A stretch of DNA of 32,000 nucleotides from Candidatus Saccharimonadota bacterium (GTDB taxonomy: Archaea; Micrarchaeota; Micrarchaeia; Micrarchaeales; Micrarchaeaceae). Positions 24,961-32,000 of the stretch are shown in pieces. How positions within the stretch are numbered: position 1 is the first letter of the stretch; each line of letters begins with the position of its first letter. A program made the position numbers and the translations under genes. The stretch is taken from assembly GCA_963698035.1 (NCBI GenBank), contig OY969114.1, forward strand, positions 90,001 through 122,000, in the 5' to 3' direction. The notes under the pieces were generated by a model. It worked only from the letters and a program-made list of their open reading frames with translations, did no database searches and was not told the DNA's origin.

Positions 24961-26148
24961 TTAGATGTTTAGGCGCTTGAAAAACTCATGAAACGCGTTG
25001 GCTATGTATTGCACGTCAACATCTTGGTAAATTCCAAAATAGAATGAGTTGTACATCACGTTTTCTGCATTGGTTAGGTCTCCGGCCCTGTACTTTATCT
25101 TTTTGTCCCTAAACACCGGGTGATCTAGAAGATTCCCAGCTATCAAGCTCCTGGTTTCTATACTACTCTTTTCCAGGTGCTCCGTCAATCTATTCCTATC
25201 AAAGATCTTGTTCTTTTTTACGGTTATTGGGAATGCAAACCAAGATGGAACTACATTTTGATTGTGCGATGGTAATGCAAGGTATTCTTCATATTGCTGC
25301 AACTCCTTCACCAATTCTTTAACGTTACTATTGCGGGTCGCTATTATACCGTCAAGCTTCTTTAGTTGGTCGATACCCATAACGGCATTTAGTTCGGTAG
25401 GCCTAAGGTTAAATCCAAGATTTATAAACATGAAACGGGGGTCTATGTTCGGGTACCTTTTAATAAACTCGTTCTTCTTTGCCGAATCTCGCACTTGTCC
25501 GTGGTTTCTCATTACCCTGACGATATCGGTAAGTTCTGCGTCATCCGACACCAGCATGCCTCCCTCTATTGTGGTTATATGGTGGGAAAAGTAGAAGCTG
25601 TAGGTGCCGATGTCACCAAAGGTTCCAGCCTGTCTCTTTTTGTAGGACGCCCCAAGTGATTCGCAGGTGTCTTCTACAACATACAAATCGTGCTTTTTGG
25701 CGATGGAGTTAATCTCGTCCATAGCACATACGTTGCCAAGTATATGCGTTGGCATTATGGCTTTTGTTTTATCCGTTATAAGGGATTCTATTTTGCTCGG
25801 GTCTATTTGATAATCTGGACCGCAGTCAGCGAACACAGGAACGCCCCCCGCTTGCACTATTGGGAAGACTGTCGTAGACCAGCTTACTGCCGGGACTATC
25901 ACCTCGTCGTCTCTTTTGAGATTTTTCTCTAGAAAGGGGTTGAATAGCGTGAATAGGGCGAGCAGGTTTGCGCTTGATCCGGAGTTGACCATTATCGCGT
26001 TCTGTGCACCGACGCGAGAGGCGAATTGCTCTTCGAATTTCGCAACCTTCTTACCCATTGTGACGGACTTGCTTTTTAGACAGGAGGTCACGTCGTTTAT
26101 CTCTTCGTCAGAGATGGTTGTAGTTGCAAGTGGGATTTTATAGTTCAT
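24961..26148 (-). CDS. DegT/DnrJ/EryC1-family PLP/PMP enzyme of the sugar 3-dehydratase type (ColD / E1 RfbH-like)
   Basis: NSGSSANLLA motif. The active-site segment YSFYFSHHITTIEGGML carries His where aminotransferases of this family carry the PLP lysine, as in ColD and CDP-4-keto-6-deoxyglucose 3-dehydrase E1. There is an ATGA overlap with the next gene. Confidence 0.75.
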   Translation of the reverse strand: MNYKIPLATTTISDEEINDVTSCLKSKSVTMGKKVAKFEEQFASRVGAQNAIMVNSGSSANLLALFTLFNPFLEKNLKRDDEVIVPAVSWSTTVFPIVQAGGVPVFADCGPDYQIDPSKIESLITDKTKAIMPTHILGNVCAMDEINSIAKKHDLYVVEDTCESLGASYKKRQAGTFGDIGTYSFYFSHHITTIEGGMLVSDDAELTDIVRVMRNHGQVRDSAKKNEFIKRYPNIDPRFMFINLGFNLRPTELNAVMGIDQLKKLDGIIATRNSNVKELVKELQQYEEYLALPSHNQNVVPSWFAFPITVKKNKIFDRNRLTEHLEKSSIETRSLIAGNLLDHPVFRDKKIKYRAGDLTNAENVMYNSFYFGIYQDVDVQYIANAFHEFFKRLNI

Positions 26149-27218
26149 ATCTTTCCCTTTGCGTTAATTATGTTTTTATATACTTCTAACGTGTCTCTGG
26201 CCGTTTTCTCCCATGTGAAACTTCTTGCATATCCCATAGCATCTTTCCTGCGTTTTTCATTGTAACCATTGTTTTTCAGGTCCTGGATTATTTGTGCAAC
26301 GTGGGCTTCGTCATCCGCCTCGAAGCAGTATTTTTTTACTTCGGCCGATATTTTCCCGCGCTTGCATACGATTACTGGTACACCTCTTGCCTGGGCCTCC
26401 AGTATCTCGAGTTCGAATCCGGTGTATAGAATCGGATGAACTAGAACGTCGAACGAGTCATAGGTTCCCACAAGTTTCTCTTCGGGTACAAATCCCATGA
26501 ACCCGATGTTCTTGTTGGACTTGCTCAGGTCGATTAAATGCTTGTAATAATCTGAAGCAAGAGGTTTGCCCCAGATCTCAAAAACAGCATCGGATCTATC
26601 CAGTTTGTTGAATGCCTTTATTGCGAACTCCACATTTTTTGTTGATGCGAGCGTACCTATGTAGCCGATTTTAAATATTTTATTCTTTTTTCTTTTAACG
26701 GGTGTATCAATAAACCTTTTATCTACGCCAAGGCTGACCACGAATATCCTTTTCCGGTCGTAGCCCAGGCTTATCGCCTCGTCGCGCGTCTGGGTCGAGC
26801 TCGCGCAGATGAAGTCCGAGGCGAGCTCAAATCTGGCTCCTTTTTGCAGCACAAAGTACGCCCCCAGTATCCTCTTTAAGCTTGCTTTGTCCTCCGCACG
26901 GGCTTCTGGCGCTACAAGAACCCTGATATCGTGAACCGTTGAAAGCGTGATCGCATTGCCGCGCCTAAGCATGCACAGCGGTCTTGCGGCCAGGTTGTGC
27001 ACTATGTCATATTTGCTGAAATCGTAGAATATGCTGTGGATGTAAGGAGAAAAGCCTTCTGCGAAGAAAGGCAGTGTATTAAATTCCACCTTTTCTATTA
27101 TCTGGTTAGGTTTTTTCTCCTGCAACAAGTTCCTATAAAGCTCGTACATGACCCTATGGGCTCCGCTCCCGTGGGGGCTGCTGAATTCGTGTTTTGTACC
27201 GGGCAGGCAGACTCGCAT
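26145..27218 (-). CDS. GT-B glycosyltransferase (GT4-type), paralog family A
   Basis: HPILYTGFELEILEAQARGVPVIV and C-terminal YARSFTWEKTARDTLEVYKNI. Start taken at MRVCLPGT (ATG 27218), 4 nt after the upstream stop; the ORF-track start 27245 would overlap the upstream gene. Confidence 0.85.
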   Translation of the reverse strand: MRVCLPGTKHEFSSPHGSGAHRVMYELYRNLLQEKKPNQIIEKVEFNTLPFFAEGFSPYIHSIFYDFSKYDIVHNLAARPLCMLRRGNAITLSTVHDIRVLVAPEARAEDKASLKRILGAYFVLQKGARFELASDFICASSTQTRDEAISLGYDRKRIFVVSLGVDKRFIDTPVKRKKNKIFKIGYIGTLASTKNVEFAIKAFNKLDRSDAVFEIWGKPLASDYYKHLIDLSKSNKNIGFMGFVPEEKLVGTYDSFDVLVHPILYTGFELEILEAQARGVPVIVCKRGKISAEVKKYCFEADDEAHVAQIIQDLKNNGYNEKRRKDAMGYARSFTWEKTARDTLEVYKNIINAKGKI

Positions 27219-27222
27219 TCTA

Positions 27223-28377
27223 TTACCTCTCTGGTTTGCTTGCAACCCTAAGAAACATCGCTCGGAGTTTTTTGAGTACGTGCTCTTTATCGAATTCGGT
27301 TGCTGCTATATCTCTGTTTTTCCTTCTTAGTCTATTAAAAGACTTACTTTTAAGTTTCTGATCGGCAAGCTTCAACAGCGGCGCGACGTATTCTTTCGCC
27401 AAGCCATTATCAACAATAAATATCTTCATCCCGGCTCTTTTTGCATCCTTGTAGGCGGAGTTGCGCCTGCTGGTTATTATGAGCAGGCCGCTCGCAAACC
27501 CCTCAAGCATGCTTTTTGGAAATACCTCATAAGCAGGCAGAATCATCACGTCCATCGTGGCCAACAACCTTAACTTTTCCCTCTCGCTCACCTCGCCAAG
27601 GAAATGCACGTTTTCAATTTTTCCATGCCTCTTCTTGAATTGCTCTGTAGTTCGTCCTATGAAATAAAATTCGAATCTATCGGAGTTTCCGCTATGCCTT
27701 AGCATGCCGACTGCGTCGAGCACTATTCCGGCGGATTTTTCTTCTCCGCCGACGTGCACCACCCTAAGCTTGTCAGATGTGTTCTTTGAAAGCTTATAGA
27801 GCCCGGTATCCACCATCGAAGGAATGCAAAATACGTTCTCTCGCTTGAAGTTAAATCTACTTACCATATACTCGGCCTGCTCCCGGTTCAGCGCGTGGCA
27901 GTATAGGTTCTTCATCTCGTCCTTCCTGATTTTCAATATACCGTTCACCCAAGAGTTCAAGGCAGCCTCCAATCCTGGCCGACCTTCCACTAGGTGTCCC
28001 ATTTTCAAGTGCATTCCGTGGCAGCCGATTATGTATTTTTGTCCCTTCGGTTTGGTAAGGATGTTCATTACGTAATCGTATATGCTGTACGGGAAATATA
28101 TTGCGCCGACCCTTGGTAGCTCTTGGTATACAAAGAGATGCCATTTCATAGGTAGCAGGTACTCCTTGCATCTCGCCTCCGCTTTCGGAACTGATTTGTA
28201 AGGTTCCAGTATCTTCCTATAACCCGGCAGCTCCTTGTATCCCCTAACGTTCTCCGTCACTAGTATCTGGGTGTCCATTCCATGCTCGCGGAGGTATTTT
28301 GCGTATTCGTATATGTGCAGCTCGGTGCCTTTGTAGCTGTACTTTAGATCAACAGGTGAAATGAGATAAATCTTCAA
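27223..28377 (-). CDS. GT-B glycosyltransferase (GT4-like), tandem paralog family B
   Basis: MKIYLISPVDLKYSYKG (TTG start), ...YIIGCHGMHL..., RVVHVGG..., PAYEVFPKSMLEGFASGLLIITS (EX7E-like region). Confidence 0.7.
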   Translation of the reverse strand: MKIYLISPVDLKYSYKGTELHIYEYAKYLREHGMDTQILVTENVRGYKELPGYRKILEPYKSVPKAEARCKEYLLPMKWHLFVYQELPRVGAIYFPYSIYDYVMNILTKPKGQKYIIGCHGMHLKMGHLVEGRPGLEAALNSWVNGILKIRKDEMKNLYCHALNREQAEYMVSRFNFKRENVFCIPSMVDTGLYKLSKNTSDKLRVVHVGGEEKSAGIVLDAVGMLRHSGNSDRFEFYFIGRTTEQFKKRHGKIENVHFLGEVSEREKLRLLATMDVMILPAYEVFPKSMLEGFASGLLIITSRRNSAYKDAKRAGMKIFIVDNGLAKEYVAPLLKLADQKLKSKSFNRLRRKNRDIAATEFDKEHVLKKLRAMFLRVASKPER

Positions 28378-28385
28378 TAAACCAT

Positions 28386-29522
28386 CTATTTCGTGTCCAT
28401 AACATCCGTAAACATTTTCAGAAGTTTTGGCAGAACATTATTCTGATCAAAATTTCTAACCACAATTTCCCGGTCTCTCTTCTTGTTTGGATTATATCTT
28501 CTTCCAAGCCTAGCTTTTGCATTAGCAGCCTTTAGTAGAGGCTTTATGTACTCTTCTGGCATTCCCTTCTCGGTTATTGTCATGTCCACTCCGAGGTCTC
28601 TTACGTCCAGGCTTGCGGGGTTGCGCTTGCTAGCCATTATGTACAGGCCGCTAGTGATTCCCTCTATCATAGTCTTTGAAAATGTCTCTACTGCAGGCAC
28701 AATCATAACATCCATCTGTGACAGAAGTTTTGTTTTCTCTGCATCGCTTATGTCGCCAAGTAGGTGTATGTTTTGGCGTTCGCGCGCATAGCTATGGAGT
28801 TCTGCAGGCTGCTCATGCCAGACAAAAAAGAACTCAAACTTTTCTATTTCTCCTCTGTCTATAAGGATCTTTATTATTTCAAGCAGTGTGCCTGAATTTT
28901 TACCTGTGCCGCCGACGTGCACCACCCTTAACCTCCTTGTCTGGTTGCTTGCAATTTTATACTTGTTTGTATCGAGCATCGTAGGCACATAGATTATGTT
29001 CTCTCTTTTTACACCCAACCGAACAAGGTACGGGATCTGCACCTTATTTATCACATGAAAGTACATGTTGCGCGCGTCGTCGCCTTTTGATGCCATTATG
29101 AATCTGGCCGTGGAGTTTACCATCCCGTCCAGCAGCCTGTGCCCCTCTATCACTTGGCCAAACCTAAGGTGCATTCCGTGGCAGCCGATTATGTACTTCT
29201 GGCCCCTGGGCTTTGTCATTACGTTGAATAGGTATTGGTATATGCCGTACGGCATATATATCAGGGAATCTTTTGGAAGATCCCTGTAGACAAACAGGTG
29301 GTAGTTGAACGGCAGAACCACCTCAGTGCAATCTACGTATCTTTTTGGCAGCTTCGCGTAACGCTTTTTTGCGCGCACGTAATCCTTATTGATAACACCA
29401 CCAGTGGTCTTTGTTATGAGCAACTCAACATCAAGGCCGCTCTCCATAAGGAACTTGGCGTACTCGTAGGACTGCTGCTCGGTGGCCTTATAGCTATATT
29501 TGATGTCCGCTTGGCTCAGCAC
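28386..29522 (-). CDS. GT-B glycosyltransferase (GT4-like), tandem paralog family B; the true start is probably a few codons upstream
   Basis: It is a paralog of 27223..28377: YIIGCHGMHL, RVVHVGG, PAVETFSKTMIEGITSGLYIMAS. The in-frame upstream codons LKISVLSQADIKYSYK align with the paralog's MKIYLISPVDLKYSYK. The aligned position is CTG 29534 (ATA at 29537). GTG 29522 is the first canonical start. Confidence 0.7.
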   Translation of the reverse strand: MLSQADIKYSYKATEQQSYEYAKFLMESGLDVELLITKTTGGVINKDYVRAKKRYAKLPKRYVDCTEVVLPFNYHLFVYRDLPKDSLIYMPYGIYQYLFNVMTKPRGQKYIIGCHGMHLRFGQVIEGHRLLDGMVNSTARFIMASKGDDARNMYFHVINKVQIPYLVRLGVKRENIIYVPTMLDTNKYKIASNQTRRLRVVHVGGTGKNSGTLLEIIKILIDRGEIEKFEFFFVWHEQPAELHSYARERQNIHLLGDISDAEKTKLLSQMDVMIVPAVETFSKTMIEGITSGLYIMASKRNPASLDVRDLGVDMTITEKGMPEEYIKPLLKAANAKARLGRRYNPNKKRDREIVVRNFDQNNVLPKLLKMFTDVMDTK

Positions 29523-29544
29523 AGAAATTTTCAGTATATCATCC

Positions 29545-30567
29545 TCATCTACTTAAAGCGCTGATGAGTTCCTGTCTCACCTGCTTTGGCGCCCACTTTT
29601 CCTTTATCGCCTTTACCGCTATGTTGTATCCTATGCTGTATCCCCGGTTCTGGTTCATTGTCATAAGTCGTGCCATAAATTCGTCTATCTCTGTTCTGCG
29701 TTTCAGGATATCGAGATCAACATTATACATCCTTGACACGTAATAAGAAAATACCACGCTCTCTGCAGGCAGTACAGGCGGGAGCGATATTAATGACGTG
29801 CCTCTGCTGTCAGACCTTTGTAGCGGGTGGTATACTGTAGCTCTGTCAAACCAAACAGCGGTGAACTTCCTGGCCAGGACTTCGAGAGTTGCGGCTGACT
29901 CGTTCCTCCCTCCCATTTTCGTATATCCAGGAAGTTTGAACCCGCGCAGCGCGTCCCTCTTCCACGACATGTTCACTCCGTGCTGCTTGAAGGTCTTTAT
30001 CATGTTGTATCTCTTTCCTGTATCGACCAGCATTCCAGACCTTCCTATGTACATCCCATAGTCTTTGAATCTTCCATCTATCGGCGTGTCTATTATTGTG
30101 TGCTTGTTCATCCTCCACTTCTGCGCATTGAGGAGCCTTGTGAAGAATGGTATGGGAGCCCCTTCTGGCAGTGTGCTTTCATCTACGATGCCGGTCGCCA
30201 ACCCGACTCCTTTGTGCTTCTTGTGCAGTCCTACGTGGTCTTTGATCCAGTCTTTTGACACATATGCGTCATCATCAGTATGCATGACAATGTCCCCATC
30301 TGCTTTCCTGTATATGGTGTTCAGCGCCTCTTCGAAGAGGCCATTATCTTGCTTTATGAGCCTCACGTCCAGACCGCTGTATTCCTTGGCTCTGCCAAGG
30401 GTTTCGTTGCACCCGCTCCATGGTTTATAGACAAGCATTATACTGAAATTCTTGTAGGATTGCGACTGCAAGCTATACAGGAGCTTGAATATTGTATTCC
30501 TTGTCTTGTATGTAGGTATGGCAACGGTGACGTGCAAATTATCACTTATTCTTGACGATTTTCCCAT
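29545..30567 (-). CDS. GT2-family glycosyltransferase
   Basis: VTVAIPTYKTRNTIFKLLYSLQSQSYKNFSIMLVYKP and ...IVMHTDDDAYVSKDWI (DxD region). Its 5' end overlaps the upstream amidohydrolase gene by 26 nt. Confidence 0.8.
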   Translation of the reverse strand: MGKSSRISDNLHVTVAIPTYKTRNTIFKLLYSLQSQSYKNFSIMLVYKPWSGCNETLGRAKEYSGLDVRLIKQDNGLFEEALNTIYRKADGDIVMHTDDDAYVSKDWIKDHVGLHKKHKGVGLATGIVDESTLPEGAPIPFFTRLLNAQKWRMNKHTIIDTPIDGRFKDYGMYIGRSGMLVDTGKRYNMIKTFKQHGVNMSWKRDALRGFKLPGYTKMGGRNESAATLEVLARKFTAVWFDRATVYHPLQRSDSRGTSLISLPPVLPAESVVFSYYVSRMYNVDLDILKRRTEIDEFMARLMTMNQNRGYSIGYNIAVKAIKEKWAPKQVRQELISALSR

Positions 30568-31717
30568 TTATTATACTTACAGCAACATCCCTTCCTTGTG
30601 CTGCAAAGACGACATTGCTCACAGCGTTTTCCCTGTCCAGTGGCATTAGCGATGCGCTCTTGCCTACAATTATGATGTCGGCCTTCTTCCCCTTTTCTAT
30701 GCTGCCCATGTTTGCCCGCAGGGCTTTCGACGCATTTACTGTAGCCATATCGAGAGCCTCTTGCGCGGTCAGCCCGTTCATCAGCGCTGAGAACTTCATC
30801 GTTTGGAACATGTCAAGGCTGTCGTTAGATGCCGCGCTGTCCGTTCCAAAGGTAACGTTGATACCGCTGCCCAGCATTCTCTTAATGTCTGCGGTTCCGC
30901 TTCCCAGCTTCGCGTTGCTTATTGCGTTGTTGACTATGGTGGTGCCAGACCTAGCGAGCATGGCCGTCTCTTTCCGGTTCACCCAGACCCCGTGTGCTGC
31001 CACCAAGTCTCTTGACAGGAAACCATTCCTATACATCCATTCTACAGGTCTGAGCGAATAACTTGCCGTATGGTTCGCTACCTCCTGTCTTGTCTCCGCA
31101 AGATGCATGTGAACGATTGTGTTATACCTCTTGGAGAGCGCTTTCGTCTGTCGAATCGTATCTTTGGAGCAGACATAGACCCCTTGGAGGCCGAACGACG
31201 GCATTATCATTTTCTTGTTCCTGTACCTCTTTACGAACGCCTCGGCATTCTTTATCGGAATGCCCTTTTGGGTTGTATACTCCTTGTCGAGAACCACCCA
31301 CGATAGGAATGCCCTCAGTCCGAATCTTGAAACCGTGTCTGCGATCGTGTCCTCGGAGTAGTAGAGGTCGAAGAAGGAGGTTGTGCCCGATTTTAGCATC
31401 TCTCTTGCGGCCAGCCCTGCAGACCTCTTTATCATCTCCTTTGTGTTCTTTCTGTCGAACTCGGAGGTCTTCTCGAGAAACTGTTCGAGATTCATCCCAT
31501 TGCACACGCCTCTCAGCATCGTCATACCTATATGGGTATGCATGTTCACCAGACCCGGCATGACCACAGATCCAACAGCGTCAACCACGACGTCGGACTT
31601 GTTTGACTCTTTTCCAACAGATGAGATGGTGTCTTCTTCTACCAGCACGTTTCCGGTCAGTACTCGGCGCCGTTCGTCTTGGGTTACTATCAGCCCATTC
31701 CTTATCATTATGGTCAT
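30542..31717 (-). CDS. Amidohydrolase-superfamily deaminase (MTA/SAH or 5'-deoxyadenosine deaminase MtaD/DadD-like)
   Basis: MPGLVNMHTHIGMTMLRG (metal-binding HxH), VHMHLAET, and the GTDSAASNDSLDMF tail motifs typical of the MtaD/DadD/chlorohydrolase group. Confidence 0.75.
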   Translation of the reverse strand: MTIMIRNGLIVTQDERRRVLTGNVLVEEDTISSVGKESNKSDVVVDAVGSVVMPGLVNMHTHIGMTMLRGVCNGMNLEQFLEKTSEFDRKNTKEMIKRSAGLAAREMLKSGTTSFFDLYYSEDTIADTVSRFGLRAFLSWVVLDKEYTTQKGIPIKNAEAFVKRYRNKKMIMPSFGLQGVYVCSKDTIRQTKALSKRYNTIVHMHLAETRQEVANHTASYSLRPVEWMYRNGFLSRDLVAAHGVWVNRKETAMLARSGTTIVNNAISNAKLGSGTADIKRMLGSGINVTFGTDSAASNDSLDMFQTMKFSALMNGLTAQEALDMATVNASKALRANMGSIEKGKKADIIIVGKSASLMPLDRENAVSNVVFAAQGRDVAVSIINGKIVKNK

Positions 31718-31799
31718 TTCGATCTACTATAGTACAATTGCTATTAAAGGCTTATACCATGATTTTTAATGATTTATGTAGAAATAAAAGAGTGCCTTT

Positions 31800-32000
31800 A
31801 TGGTAGAAGTTAGCATAATCGCTCCGACGATGCATGAGGAGCGAGCCCCCGAAATCGCAAAGGAGATATTTAAGACCTTTGGCAGGGATGCAGAGGTCAT
31901 AATAGTAGATAAAAGCGACCTCAGCTACAGGAGGCTCTTCAAAGGAACAGGCGCAAGGGTTAGGGTGCAGAGGTCAAAGGGCTACGAATATGCGATAATG
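31800..32000 (+). CDS. Partial (5' end only) GT2-like glycosyltransferase, open to the window edge
   Basis: ATG 31800 opens a frame that runs to nt 32000: MVEVSIIAPTMHEERAPEIAKEIFKTFGRDAEVIIVDKSDLSY...RSKGYEYAIM. This resembles the GT2 (Dpm1-like) N-terminal layout. It is absent from the ORF track because no stop lies in the window. Confidence 0.45.
   Translation, partial: MVEVSIIAPTMHEERAPEIAKEIFKTFGRDAEVIIVDKSDLSYRRLFKGTGARVRVQRSKGYEYAIM

Noticed and set aside
1-32000. Search for CRISPR arrays, tRNA/rRNA genes, and transposase, integrase or toxin-antitoxin genes.
   Set aside because: No regularly spaced direct repeats, cloverleaf-compatible sequences or recognisable mobile-element or TA proteins were found on either strand. 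The only repeats are those reported (30-mers, ATTAGCA arrays, paralog tracts, palindromes).

Overview
The window looks archaeal. First-in-operon starts have A/T-rich TATA-like boxes 20-40 nt upstream, several starts look leaderless, and operon genes are tightly coupled or overlapping. I recognised no rRNA, tRNA, CRISPR array, transposase or integrase.

Positions 1-6.7 kb:
- a 37-codon aminotransferase-like remnant
- a group II PLP decarboxylase broken by two homopolymer frameshifts
- methionyl-tRNA synthetase, whose HIGH motif lies upstream of the first canonical start
- a NUDIX hydrolase bracketed by 30-nt direct repeats
- an orphan membrane-anchored HerA/FtsK-type ATPase with a wHTH-like and nuclease-like C-terminal tail

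Positions ~6.8-30.6 kb hold a ~24 kb, almost unidirectional surface-glycan biosynthesis island:
- a complete dTDP-L-rhamnose set (rmlA/B/C/D)
- nine complete glycosyltransferase genes in several paralog families (a tenth, partial GT2 lies at the right edge of the window)
- three FkbM-type methyltransferases
- an XAT-type hexapeptide acetyltransferase
- a ColD/E1-type (His-for-Lys) sugar 3-dehydratase
- SDR epimerases/dehydratases
- a distal two-gene membrane module with a GT-C-like 776-aa protein

A truncated SDR gene remnant bounds the island on the left. An MTA/SAH-deaminase-like amidohydrolase and a partial GT2 gene follow on the right.

Main second-look items:
1. The orphan ATPase fusion.
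2. The uncharacterised membrane module, in an island with no recognisable flippase, priming transferase or AglB.
3. A recurrent pattern in which four broken or start-less reading frames (in three genes) are each repaired by adding one base to a homopolymer run.
4. Shared ATTAGCA-box arrays in two intergenic regions.
5. Repeats flanking the NUDIX gene.

All family calls come from motif recognition by eye. No database search was run.
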